Part shown: in pieces, positions 29,509 to 40,743 of the stretch
Layout: every line of letters begins with the position of its first letter
Numbering within the stretch: position 1 is the stretch's first letter
NCBI GenBank assembly: GCA_965219415.1
Contig: CBDCNP010000002.1
Coordinates: forward strand, 5,056,001 to 5,120,000
Source of the DNA: Candidatus Marinacidobacterales bacterium
Lineage (GTDB): Bacteria > Acidobacteriota > Vicinamibacteria > Marinacidobacterales > DATDRI01
Direction of reading: 5' to 3'
Length of the DNA: 64,000 bases
Made by a program: the position numbers and the translations under genes
The notes under the pieces: model-generated
Database searches by the model: none
Seen by the model: only the letters and a program-made list of their open reading frames with translations
Told to the model about the DNA's origin: nothing

Positions 29509-30104
29509 CGGGGAACCTCCGCTGCACCATAGACCAGGAGCTTCGCTTCGTCAATAGGTGGGGAGCGTGTCGCGCCCGTCAAGCTGCCCGCACGCGACCC
29601 GGGCCAAGGGTCGTAGGCTTTACAATCGTCTGGCCCGAGGGTGTTATCTTCGAATCCATCATGACGTACCATGTGCAATCCTTCCTGTTCGTTCTGGCTG
29701 GTTGGGTCAACCGACAGCAGCAGGATGTGATTGACTACCTGCGAGAGGAGAACCGTGTGCTCCGAGCCCGGGCTTCGGGGCAAACGTCTCAAGCTCTCGG
29801 ACGACGACCGGCGCAGGCTCGCCGTCAAGGCCCAGACTTTGGGCCGCGAGGTGCTGGCCGAGATTGCGTCCGTTGCCACACCCGCTACGCTTCTGCGCTG
29901 GTACCGCTGCCTCATCGCAGCCAAGTACGATGCACCAAGAAACCGAAGTCCAGGCCGACCTCCGACGGCGAAGGACATCCGTGTGTGTTTGCTACTCTGT
30001 TTTGGCCCATATTGATCGTCTGATTTGGCCCACCCGTATCGAACCGTTAGTCTTCCCGGGGCGAAGTCCCGGGAAGGAGGTGTCGGTTGGAAAGGGGTGC
30101 CAAA

Positions 30105-31641
30105 GTGCGACTGTTCGAGCAGATGAGGCGAGAGTACGAACGCGGAGTTGGAACGATTCAAGGAGTTGCAACGAAGTACGGTGTTCACCGACGAATGGTG
30201 CGACAGGCCCTGGAGAAGGCTGTGCCACGGGAGCGTAAATGTCCAGAACGGGCGTCACCGAAACTGGGTCCAGTGGTCGAGTTCATCGACGGGATTCTGG
30301 AAGGAGACAAGCGAGCCCCGCGCAAACAGCGTCACACGGCTCATCGAATCTGGAGTCGTGTGATTGAGGAGTATCCGGGACATGAGATAGCGGAACCAAC
30401 GATACGTCGCTACGTAGGTCGTCGGAGGCGAGAGCTGGGGTTGAAGGACGCCGAAGTGTTCGTGCCCCAGAGTTACGAGTGGGGCGGTGAAGGCCAAGTG
30501 GACTGGTACGAGGCTCACTCACGGATCGGAGGGCGAGAGCAGAAGGTCTACGTGCTGGTGGTTCGGAGCATGGCAAGCGGAGGGGCGTTGCATCGAGGGT
30601 ATCCGCGTCCGACGCAGCAAGCGTTTTTCGAAGCGCACGAGAAGGCGTTCGAGTTTTTCGGCGGGGTGTTCCACCGGCTGCGTTACGACAACCTATCGCT
30701 GGCGGTGAGGAAGATCCTTCGGGGTCACCAACGTGAGCAAACAGAACGGTTCATCATGTTTCGCTCGCATTGGAGTTTTGAGTCGGAATTTTGCAATCCG
30801 AGCCGTGGAAACGAGAAAGGCGGTGTGGAAAGCGAGGTCGGCTACTTCCGCCGCAATCACTGGACGCCGGTCCCTGAGTTCACGGATTGGGAAGAGCTGA
30901 ACGACTACCTGCTGACGTGTTGCCGCAAGGAGGAGAAACGTCACATCTCCGGCAAAGCACATACGGTTGGTGTTGGGATGGAGTACGAACGCGAGCACCT
31001 GTTGCCACTGGCGACGCAGGGTTTCGAGCTCGAAGAAAGACGAATCGGTCTGGTGGATAAGAAGGGTTGCGTCCGTGCGGGCACGAACTGGTACTCGACG
31101 CCGCTCAAGCGCGGCCAACGTGCGGTGGCCAAGCTGATGCCGCTTGAAGTTGAGGTCTGGCACGAGGGACGCCGGGTGGCGCGTCACGAACGCTGCTACG
31201 ACCGCATGAAACAAGTACTAGATCTTGAACACTACTTGGACGTCCTCGAGCGCAAACCCGGAGCCTTAGCCGGGTCGACGCCTCTGGCGCAGTGGCGCGA
31301 GCAAGGACGGTGGCCAGCGAGCTACGATGAAGTGTGGAAGCGATTGAATCGTCGTCACGGGCAAGCAAGAAGGCACGCGTCAGATGATCGAACTCGTGCA
31401 GCTTGGACGCCGACACGGTTACGACCAGCTAAGAGATACGTTGCGTGTGGCGCTTGAGATCGGCTGTATCGATGCAGACGCGATTCGGCACCTTGTCGAG
31501 TCTCCATCGCTTTCGCGCGCGGCATCGTCAGAGCTAGTCCAATCTCAACTCGGTGAGCTGGCGCGCTACGAACGTCCTCTACCTCACGTGGGTCACTACG
31601 ACCGACTCGTGGATGAGCAGGCACACGAGGTAAGTCGATGA
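30105..31641 (+). pseudogene. istA: IstA transposase (frameshift near 31370)
   Basis: [24 protein letters not shown]; C-terminus continues in another frame. Confidence 0.82.
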
Positions 31642-32409
31642 GACAACCCGTCGAGATTCAGACGATCCAGCAGCATTGCAAGACGCTTCGGATGCCAACG
31701 GTGTCAGCTCAGTTCCACAAGCTCGCAGAACAAGCTAGCCGCGAAAAACAAACCCACGTGGGTTATCTGGAGGTTCTGCTCAGCTCTGAAGTCGAAGAGC
31801 GAGAACACCGAACGGTTCAGAGACGGCTGAAGGAAGCACAGCTGCCGAGAGCGAAGACGCTCGACGAGTTCGACTTCTCGCTGTCACCGAAGCTGTCCGC
31901 TCAGCGAATCCGCCAACTCACTGAGGGTAGATACCTCGAGCGGGCAGAGCCGGTGATTTTTTCTCGGCGATGCCGGCACTGGCAAAACCCATCTCGCCAC
32001 CGCGCTGTGTGTAGAGGCCTGCCAGCAGCGTCGTCGAGTACGGTTCACGACCGCGTCGAGGCTCGTCAACGAACTCGTCGAGGCCAAGGAGGAGCTCCAG
32101 CTTTCTAAGGCTATTCGCAAGCACGCCCGCTTCGAACTGCTGTGCATCGACGAACTCGGCTACGTACCGCTCGCCGAGGTCGGTGCCGAACTGTTGTTTC
32201 AGGTCGTCTCCGAACGATGTGAGCGCGCCGCGACCGTCATCACCACTAACTTGCCGTTCTCGGAATGGACGCAAGTGTTCACAAACGCCCGGCTGTGCAA
32301 AGCGCTACTGGACCGGCTCACCGACCAGGCTCACATCCTCGAAACCGGTACCGAGTCCTATCGCTTCCGTCGCTCGCTCAAAACCCGGAAAAAGACGGCA
32401 ACATCATGA
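31638..32409 (+). pseudogene. istB: IstB ATPase (frameshift near 31963)
   Basis: KTLDEFDF, Walker A GTGKTHLA after the shift, [20 protein letters not shown]. Confidence 0.82.
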
Positions 32410-32765
32410 CAGAACACGCTTTGCTCCGGTTTCACTCGAGGCGGCCTTCACTTAGCTCCGGCCGCAACAGAGGAAAGGGGCACTTATTACTTCTCTTCGT
32501 GTGTAATCAATAACTTAGGGTGGGCCAAATGAAATGATCAAAGTGGGCCAGACCGGGTGGACAAAAACATCCGTGAGCTCATTGTGCGCGTGGCGCGGGA
32601 GAATCCGACGTGGGGATATACGCGCCTGCGAGGCGCACTCAAGAACCTCGGACATGAACTTGGACGCAACACCATCAAGAGGCTCCTCGCCGAGCACGGT
32701 ATCGCGCCTGCCCCAGAGCGGGGCAAGAGCATGCCGTGGAGCACCTTCATCAAGGCTCATTGGGG

Positions 32766-32931
32766 GGTGCTTGCGCTGTTTACTGTTGGTGATGTGTACG
32801 TATCCCGTTGCAAAAAAAGCGCTTACGCTCCATTTAGCGCACGGCGAAGGTCGTGAGCGCTATTTTGGCTGTAATTTAATGCAGCGTAAAGTCTTAGCGT
32901 CATCTCACCAACACTTAATGACGGAAGCACC
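32766..32931. mobile_element. 166-bp IS1-like MITE (family also at 39231-39395 and 53978-54143; partial near 53259)
   Basis: GGTGCTT IRs at both ends, shared AT-rich interior, no TSD. Confidence 0.82.
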
Positions 32932-33003
32932 TGCGGATTCCAAGGGCGTCTAAGCTGCTGATTTGTGGTCTATTTCAAAAGGGCCGAGTTTTGGCACAGG
33001 ACG

Positions 33004-33530
33004 GGGTCTGTCCTACATCGACCTCTACGTGCTGGCCATAGCGAGACTCGGTTCCTTCGACTTGCGTCAGGAGAGCTCGTCTGACACCGCGGGTGCCGAC
33101 TTGGCAACAAGCTATGTCGATCTCTTGGAACAGCAGATGCACGCGCCCGGCTTCCACGCCTTCTACGAATTGTCGCAAGCCTCCGAGACCTTCGACCTGT
33201 TGCTCGCGGTGAACTTTCCGGACGTCCCGAGTGGCTCCTTGCAGGCGCTCGCCAAGAGATATGGGGCAACACTGCAGCGTCAGGTTCCGGTTGGGCGCAT
33301 GTCGGGTGGTGTGAACAAGCGGCTCGTTCGGCAGTTTCGGATGCCCGCGTTCCCGCTCGTACTCGTCACAACCGATGTGCTGCAGGAAGGGGAGGACTTA
33401 CATACGTTCTGCCGCTGTGTCGTGCACTACGGCATCACGTGGACGCCGTCCGCCATGGAGCAGCGTACGGGTAGGGTCGATCGCATCGGGGGACTGATTC
33501 AGCGAAACCTGGACGGCCGCGAGGCGACCC
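33004..33530 (+). pseudogene. SF2 helicase C-terminal domain fragment between two termini
   Basis: TTDVLQEGEDLH and WTPSAMEQRTGRVDR motifs; cut at both ends by termini. Confidence 0.8.
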
Positions 33531-34729
33531 CGTCTGGTCAAAATACTCGAACGCCCAGCGGGTCAGCAGTTTGCACCTTCGCAAAGGCCGCTTGAATCCG
33601 CCATCGCTGTCGGATACGTATTCCAGTTCAGCGGAAGGAGTTGCGATGGATTGGAAGACCATGCTGAGCTACATCTCAGGATCCGTGGATGCGGAGTTGC
33701 TCCTGCGCAACGAGTATCTTGTGGCCGAGAATCGAGTTCTTCGAAATCAGCTCCAGGGTCGCTTGCACCTGACCGATGGCGAACGGCGGTCTCTGGCCGA
33801 GCTCGGAAAGCGTCTGGGTAAGCAAGCCCTTGATGAGATCGCGAGTATCGTGAATCCCGACACGATCCTAGGTTGGCACCGGAGGCTTGTCGCGAAGAAG
33901 TTCGACAGCTCCGAGAACCGTCCGTATCCAGGGCGACCGCGGATCGACGCCGACATCGAAGAGCTGGTGGTGCGTCTCGCCAAGGAGAACAAGTCCTGGG
34001 GTTACGACCGGATTGCAGGGGCGCTAGCCAACGTCGGGCATGAAGTGGCCGACCAAACCGTCGGTAACATTCTGAAACGCCACGGCATTCCGCTCGCACC
34101 AGAGCGTCGGAAGAACACGACGTGGAGGGAGTTCATCCGCTCGCACATGGACGTGCTCGCGGCGACAGATTTCTTCACCACGCAAGTGTGGACTCAGGGC
34201 GGGTTGGTGACGTACTACGTTCTGTTCTTCATGCACCTGGCTACCCGTCGAGTCCACGTCGCCGGCATCACGCCGCATCCGAACGAACAGTGGATGACTC
34301 AAGTGGCTCGCAACGTGACCATGGCAGATGTCGGCTTTCTGTCCTCGAGCCGATACCTCATTCACGACCGGGACTCGAAGTTCTGCGAGTCGTTCCACCG
34401 GACCATCGAGGCGGTTGGCGTCGCGCCCGTCAAGCTGCCCGCACGGAGCCCGGATTTGAACTCGTTCGCGGAGCGCTGGGTGAAGTCCGTCAAAGAGGAA
34501 TGTCTCTCGAAGCTCATCCTGTTCGGCGAGAAGTCGCTCCGTCATGCGCTTAGGGAGTACGTCGTCTACTATCACCACGAGAGGAATCATCAAGGCAAGG
34601 AGAATCTGCTGCTGTTCCCAGCCAGCGACCAGTTACCTCAGTCCGAGCGCAAGGTGCGCTCCCGTGAACGGCTTGGCGGGTTGCTACGTTTCTACCATCG
34701 GGAAGCCGCATGAGTATTTTGACCTCACG
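33531..34729 (+). mobile_element. Complete rve/IS481-like element (D-type ends)
   Basis: IRL CGTCTGGTCAAAATACTC and IRR GAGTATTTTGACCTCACG; intact transposase; no TSD. Confidence 0.85.
33646..34713 (+). CDS. Integrase-core (rve) DDE transposase, intact
   Basis: WGYDRI, ATDFFT, LIHDRD, SPDLNSFAERWV, GGLLRFY. Confidence 0.88.
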   Translation: MDWKTMLSYISGSVDAELLLRNEYLVAENRVLRNQLQGRLHLTDGERRSLAELGKRLGKQALDEIASIVNPDTILGWHRRLVAKKFDSSENRPYPGRPRIDADIEELVVRLAKENKSWGYDRIAGALANVGHEVADQTVGNILKRHGIPLAPERRKNTTWREFIRSHMDVLAATDFFTTQVWTQGGLVTYYVLFFMHLATRRVHVAGITPHPNEQWMTQVARNVTMADVGFLSSSRYLIHDRDSKFCESFHRTIEAVGVAPVKLPARSPDLNSFAERWVKSVKEECLSKLILFGEKSLRHALREYVVYYHHERNHQGKENLLLFPASDQLPQSERKVRSRERLGGLLRFYHREAA

Positions 34730-34984
34730 GCATAACCATCAAGGGCTTGGCAACGCGTTTGTATTTTTGGACACGACGGCGTCTAAGCTGCTGATTTGTG
34801 GTCTATTTCAAAAGGGCCGAGTTTTGGCACAGGACGGGAAGACTTTGTAATGCAATAGGTTACATCAGATTTTAACGTCACCGGACTTCAGCTTGCGCCA
34901 AACTGTGCATAAGTGCCGTCCTCGCACGACGACGTGGATGAGCCGGCAACAGTAAACGGAGCACGCACCCAGACCAGCAACAAA

Positions 34985-36406
34985 TTACACGGGCTCGATG
35001 CGGACGATGCGAAGCACATTGGTGGCGTCAGGTGTGCCAAAAGGCACCCCGGCAGTGATGACCACCGTATCGCCCGGCCCGGCGACTTCCTCAAGCGCAG
35101 CCGCAGCGACCGCCTTGCGCACCATTTCGTCGAAGTCCCGTACGTCCGCCGTATGCACGCTGTGTACGCCGTAGGTTAGCGACAGACGCCGTGCGGTTGC
35201 AAGTTCGGACGTGACGCCCAGAATCGGCTGCTCGGGGCGCTCGCGGGCGGCGCGCAACGTCGTCGACCCGGAGGTCGTGTAGGTTACAATGGCGGCGGCG
35301 CCGATGGTGTCGGCCACTTGATGGGCCGCCACCGAGATCGCATCCGCGGAGGTTGCCAGCGGCCGGCGATGGTCGGCGGCCGCAATGTGACGGTGCAGCG
35401 GGTCGCGCTCCACCCGTTTAATCACCCGGTCCATGATCTGGACCGCCGCAGTCGGATAGGCGCCGACTGCGGTTTCCGCCGACAGCATCACCGCATCCGC
35501 GCCGTCGTACACCGCCGTCGCTATGTCCGAGACCTCGGCGCGCGTCGGCACCGGCGCCTGGACCATGGACTCCAGCATCTGCGTTGCCACGATCACCGGT
35601 TTGCCGGCGTCGCGGCAGGTGCGGATGATGGTCTTCTGCGCGATCGGCACTTCCTCCGGAGGCATTTCCACGCCGAGATCGCCACGAGCCACCATCACGG
35701 CATCGGCGGCGGCGACAATCTCGTCGATACGGTCGAGCGCAGATGGTTTCTCGACTTTGACCAGAACATGGGCGCGGTCGCCGATCAGCCGGCGCGCCTC
35801 GACCACATCCTCCGGGCGCTGCACGAAGGACAGAGCGATCCATTCGCAACCGAGTTCGAGCGCGAATCTCAGATCGACTAGGTCCTTTTCGGTAAGCGGC
35901 GAGATCGGCAGCATCACGCCGGGCAGATTGATGCCCTTGCGGTCGCTGAGCCGGCCGCCGACCAGCACCTGCGTCTCTACTTCTGCATTGGATTTCGAGG
36001 TCACATTCAGCCGGAGCCGCCCGTCGTCGAGCAGCATTTCGTCGCCAGGCCGGACAGCGGCGAAGATCTCCGGATGCGGCACGGAAACCCGAACGGCGGT
36101 GCCGGGCCGGTCCGAACGGTCGAGCATGAAACGCCGTCCCGGCTCAAGCTCGACGCTCCCGCCTTCGAAGACGCCGACGCGAAGCTTGGGTCCCTGCATG
36201 TCGGCCATGACGCCTATGGGCCTGAGCGCATCCCGTTCCAACTCGCGCACGATCCGATGGCGCCGGGCGTGGTTCTCGGGTTCGCCATGGCTGAAATTGA
36301 AGCGGAAGACATCGACCCCTGCCTCGAACAGTGCATTGATGGCTGTTGCACTTGAGGTCGCCGGCCCCAGCGTCGCGACGATCTTGGCCCTACGTTTGCG
36401 GCGCAT
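34985..36406 (-). CDS. pyk: Pyruvate kinase
   Basis: AKIVATLGP, RFNFSHG, DMQGPKLR, MVARGDLGVE, ATQMLESM. Confidence 0.95.
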   Translation of the reverse strand: MRRKRRAKIVATLGPATSSATAINALFEAGVDVFRFNFSHGEPENHARRHRIVRELERDALRPIGVMADMQGPKLRVGVFEGGSVELEPGRRFMLDRSDRPGTAVRVSVPHPEIFAAVRPGDEMLLDDGRLRLNVTSKSNAEVETQVLVGGRLSDRKGINLPGVMLPISPLTEKDLVDLRFALELGCEWIALSFVQRPEDVVEARRLIGDRAHVLVKVEKPSALDRIDEIVAAADAVMVARGDLGVEMPPEEVPIAQKTIIRTCRDAGKPVIVATQMLESMVQAPVPTRAEVSDIATAVYDGADAVMLSAETAVGAYPTAAVQIMDRVIKRVERDPLHRHIAAADHRRPLATSADAISVAAHQVADTIGAAAIVTYTTSGSTTLRAARERPEQPILGVTSELATARRLSLTYGVHSVHTADVRDFDEMVRKAVAAAALEEVAGPGDTVVITAGVPFGTPDATNVLRIVRIEPV

Positions 36407-36742
36407 CGTCTCCGGTGCTCCGCAAAAACTCGATCCGTCGTTGATTCCGCAGTTTAGACCTGCCAGGATTGGCCGTTTCGCGGCAAGTGGTACGTCATCA
36501 TGGATCTGAAGATAACACCATCGGGCCAGACGATTGTAAAGCCCACAGCCCTTGGCCCGGTCGCAAACACAGACACTAAGCTGCTGATTTACGGTCTATT
36601 TCAAAAGGACCGAGTTTTGGCACAGGACGCCCTCGGGCCAGACGATTGTAAAGCCCACGGCCCTTGGCACCATCGCAAAACACAGACGCTAAGCTGCTGA
36701 TTTATCGGCTATTTCAAGAGGGCCGAGTTTTGGCACAGGACG

Positions 36743-37255
36743 ACGTTCTGTTCTTCATGCACCTGGCTACCCGTCGAGTCCACGTCGCCGGCATCACGCC
36801 GCATCCGAACGAACAGTGGATGACTCAAGTGGCTCGCAACGTGACCATGGCAGATGTCGGCTTTCTGTCCTCGAGCCGATACCTCATTCACGACCGGGAC
36901 TCGAAGTTCTGCGAGTCGTTCCACCGGACCATCGAGGCGGTTGGCGTCGCGCCCGTCAAGCTGCCCGCACGGAGCCCGGATTTGAACTCGTTCGCGGAGC
37001 GCTGGGTGAAGTCAGTCAAAGAGGAATGTCTCTCGAAGCTCATCCTGTTCGGCGAGAAGTCGCTCCGTCATGCGCTTAGGGAGTACGTCGTCTACTATCA
37101 TCATGAGAGGAATCATCAAGGCAAGGAGAATCTGCTGCTGTTCCCAGCCAGCGACCCGTTACCTCAGTCCGAGCGCAAGGTGCGCTCCCGTGAACGGCTT
37201 GGCGGGTTGCTACGTTTCTACCATCGGGAAGCCGCATGAGTATTTTGACCAGACG
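36743..37255 (+). pseudogene. 3' half of the D-type rve element fused to an A terminus
   Basis: Near-identical to about 34216-34729; begins exactly at the A end at 36742. Confidence 0.85.
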
Positions 37256-37544
37256 CCCATCGTGTCGCGAGAGCGACTTGGGGGTATTCTCAACTACTAC
37301 TGCCGTGCCGCGTAGATGGTCGCTGGCGACGGTAGCCCCTCGGTGGGCCCGCTCGGCGTAGCGTGAAAACAGCTTCAGGAACACGCTTGGATATTCGCTC
37401 TCGACTAGGTGGTCATCTGCATGGTGACGACCCGCCCGCCCAAGACGATTGTAAAGCCCACGGCCCTTGGCCCGGTCGCAAACACAGACACTAAGTTGCT
37501 GATTTATGGCCTATTTCAAAAGGGCCGAGTTTTGGCACAGGACG

Positions 37545-38268
37545 AGATTCGCACGTTCGCGGGCAACAAGAAGACACCGAGTTGGGTCTTCGTTACAATC
37601 GAAGTCTGGTCTCGGCTCTGGCCATCGACGGTGACGGGAAGGCGAAGCTACCGGAACACTCACGCTCTGTTTCGCGACCTTTCGAGACGGATGAATTTCG
37701 AGCGTCTTCCCTTGATCGTCACGGATGGATTCGAATTCTACCAGAAAGTCATCCGTCGCTTCTTCGGTCCAGCGTGTCTCTACGGCCAGGTCCTAAAAAC
37801 GCGCAGGAACGATCGCATCATCAAGGTCGAACGCAGAGCGCTGCACGGAGCCGCGTGGCGATTCGAAGACGCGCTCAATAACTCCGAGGACTCTTCGACA
37901 TTGAACACGTCGTTCATCGAGCGGTTGAATCTGACCATCCGGCAAAGCTCGGCATACCTTTCGAGACGAACGCTTTCCCACGCTCGCTCGACGGAGAGGC
38001 TCGATGAGCACCTGGAGTTGCTCCGTTGCTATTACAACTTCGTCCGACCGCACGGAGCTCTGAAGTTCGGACGTGAGATCCGAACTCCGGCTATGCAGGC
38101 TGGTCTGACGACGCGACGGCTCACCTTTCGAGACATCTTCTTGGCGACGACGATTCCTTTGTGGTCGCGGATCGAGGTTTTCGTGCTCAGTAGGGTGCGC
38201 AACCCGGTCTCTCCCGCACCTGTACCACTGCCCGCAGCCGCGTAGCAACACTTGATGGCGGAAGCACC
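37545..38268 (+). pseudogene. IS1-like transposase 3' fragment with right IR (IR tandemly repeated to 38298)
   Basis: Inverted paralogue of about 20970-21670; starts at the A end at 37544. Confidence 0.85.
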
Positions 38269-38424
38269 CACGTAGCAATATTTGATAGCGGAAGCACCCA
38301 GCTGCATCAACCGAAACGCAATGGTCGAAGCAGAACTCAAGAGGCGCAAATATGATGGATGGGCTCGCCAGGCGTCAACGCCAGCAAAGGCAAAGGCCCG
38401 GGATCCTTGGAGTATACTGCTGCG

Positions 38425-38721
38425 ATGAATGTCATTGCCGATCTCTGCATCGTTCCGCTCGGTGTCGGGGTCTCCCTGTCGAAGTACGTTGCCGCTTGCG
38501 AGCGCGTCATAGAAGCCGCGGGGCTATCGCACGAGCTGCACGCAAACGGCACCAACATCGAAGGGGATTGGGACGAAGTATTTTGCGTGGTGAAGCGATG
38601 TCACGAAGTCGTCCACGAAATGGGCGCACCGCGCATCCATACGAATATCAAGCTTGGAACGCGGACCGACCGAAGCCAGACGATGAAGAATAAGATCACG
38701 GGCGTGACGAGCAAGAAATAG
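38425..38721 (+). CDS. MTH1187/YkoF-like thiamine-binding protein
   Basis: VPLGVGVSLSKYVA..HANGTNIEG..GAPRIHTNIK..RTDR. Confidence 0.85.
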   Translation: MNVIADLCIVPLGVGVSLSKYVAACERVIEAAGLSHELHANGTNIEGDWDEVFCVVKRCHEVVHEMGAPRIHTNIKLGTRTDRSQTMKNKITGVTSKK

Positions 38722-39230
38722 CTCGATAGTTCGGTGCTTCCGCAGTCAAATGTTGGCGGCCGCTGTGTAACCCTTAGTCCGAGCGCAAGGTGCGCTCCCA
38801 TGAACGGCTTGGCGGGTTGCTACGTTTCTACCATCGGGAAGCCGCATGAGTATTTTGACCTCACGCCTCGGAGTTGGAGCGTCTTGGGCGATGTCATTCA
38901 CCTTCACCGCGATCAAGAAGGCCGTTGATGAAGCGTAGCCGCTCAACTGTGCCCCGCAAAAAAAACGATCCAGCGTTGATTGCGCGGTTTAGAGCTGCCG
39001 CGCTCAGTTCCTTCTTGCCGGTCGACCCGACGACGCGACCGGCGTCTTAGGAACGTGGAGAGGCTTGCTCGTATATCGATCTGCTGGTAAAGGGCAATCA
39101 ACCGCCGCTCCTTTTCCCGACGGCTTAGCCCAGGCGATGCTCGGATGCGATCCCCGTTACGGCGTGCGTCGGCCGCCGCTCCCCGAATGCGGTTGATGGA
39201 TGTCCTGATTCGTTGGGAGGCATGTTGTCC

Positions 39231-39395
39231 GGTGCTTCCGCCATTAAGTGTTGGTGAAATGATACTAAGACTTTACAGTGCATTAAATTACAGCCACAAT
39301 AGCGTTCGTGACCTTCGCATCGCGCTAAATGGAGCATAAGCGCTTTTTTGCAAAGGGATGCGTACACGTCACCAACAGCAAACAGCGCAAGCACC
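39231..39395. mobile_element. 165-bp IS1-like MITE
   Basis: Inverted homologue of 32766-32931. Confidence 0.8.
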
Positions 39396-39420
39396 GCGTC
39401 GCACTGAACGCTAGGTTCCC

Positions 39421-39514
39421 TGTGCTCCGCAAAAAGTCTATCCAGTGTTGATTGCGCGTTTTAGACCCGCCAAGGTCGGCTGCTTCTGGCCGGTTTTCTT
39501 TTTTGCGGATCACA
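39421..39514. mobile_element. 94-bp MITE with F-type ends
   Basis: TGTGCTCCGCAAAAAG ... CTTTTTTGCGGATCACA; related ends at 38948 and 54751. Confidence 0.6.
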
Positions 39515-39701
39515 GCTGTGCTTCGTACTGTCTGTGAGGAGGCCCAGGTGCATCTGGGCCAGAACGTGCAAGCCTGCTTACGTTTCGCGGCACCCCGGCC
39601 TTGATTCGAGAGCGCCGTCCGATCGGAACGCACGACGTACCGCCTGACCGGGCCGCTGATCTTGATAGAATTCTGAAACTCGATAGCTATCGGAGGAAAC
39701 G

Positions 39702-40423
39702 ATGAAGTTCCTAGCAACAAGCGTAGCCATTGCGACTCTCGTGACACTGTCGGTGGAATCGCGAGCCGACGACAAGCTCGAGTCGGCGGTCAAGGCGGAC
39801 TACGATGCTCACCTCGACGCGCTCTTCAAGCACTTTCACGCGAACCCCGAGCTGTCGTTCGTCGAGGTCAAGACCGCGGCGCGACTCGCCAAGGAGTTCC
39901 GCGACGCGGGTTTCGAGGTTACCGAGGGTGTCGGAAGAACGGGCGTGGTGGCCATCATGGAGAATGGCGACGGACCCCTCGTCATGATGCGTGCCGACAT
40001 GGACGGACTTCCCGTGAAGGAGCTCGCCGATCTTCCATACGCCTCGACCGTCACGCAGGTCAATGACGACGGACAGGAATTTCCCGTGATGCATGCTTGC
40101 GGGCACGATGTGCACATTACCTCTCTCGTGGGGACGGCGCGACGGATGGCCGCCGAGCTCGATTCCTGGTCCGGTACGCTGATGCTCATCGGCCAGCCTG
40201 CGGAAGAGTGGAAGATCTCGGGCGCTCAGGCGATGCACCAGGACCGGCTGTGGGAGCGCTTTGGCCAGCCGGACTACGCCCTCGCCTTTCATGTGGCTGC
40301 CGACATCGAAGCTGGAAAGCTCCACGTCGCCGAGAGTGCGGCGTACTCGGGTGTCGACAGCGTGGACATCATCGTGTCCGGCATCGGCGCCCATGGCGCG
40401 AGTCCCCACCGCGGAAAAGACCC
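39702..40423 (+). pseudogene. Secreted M20D amidohydrolase, 3'-truncated at an A terminus
   Basis: HANPELSF, RADMDGLP, MHACGHD, QPAEE; stops at HRGKDP where the terminus begins. Confidence 0.85.
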
Positions 40424-40647
40424 CGTCCTGTGCCAAAACTCGGCCCTTTTGAAATAGACCACAAATCAGCAGCTTAGACGCCCTTGGAATCCGCGCGCCC
40501 CGAACCTGATCGATCTCCGATCTGGCGGGACTATGCCTGCATGATTTCGTCGTTTGTTCGTGCTCGGCCCTGGGCACGGCCGCAAACCAGACTCTAAGTT
40601 GCTGATTTATGGGCTATTTCAAAAGGGCCGAGTTTTGGCACAGGACG
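40424..40647. mobile_element. 224-bp MITE with two A termini
   Basis: Inverted A ends around a mosaic interior; no TSD. Confidence 0.8.
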
Positions 40648-40743
40648 CCGTTCTCACACACCCGAAGACCAAGTCGGCGCTTAGACGCTGGTCGGACTCG
40701 ATCTGCCATTGCTGAAACTTCGCCAGTGTGAAGGTCGCTTTCG

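Larger units (their letters stand above)
29984..32569 (+). mobile_element. IS21-family element
   Basis: TG..CA ends with repeated TGGCCCA motifs; 6-bp TSD TCCGTG; istA and istB. Confidence 0.88.
29661..32765 (+). pseudogene. rve transposase pseudogene (A-end type), interrupted by IS21 and truncated by a MITE
   Basis: MTYHVQSFLFVLAGWVNRQQQDVIDY..KDIR|ELIVRVARENPTWGY..FIKAHWG; paralogue at 58011-59077. Confidence 0.8.

Noticed and set aside
30105-32409. Frameshifts as general sequencing error
   Set aside because: Housekeeping genes and all four IS110 ORFs are intact, so most shifts are probably real decay, although individual homopolymer errors cannot be excluded.
35523-36509. Long antisense and overlapping ORFs (e.g. 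35523-36509, 25869-26768, 21907-22926, 27910-28794, 51277-52167)
   Set aside because: These are shadow ORFs of GC-rich genes on the opposite strand, with no recognisable motifs.
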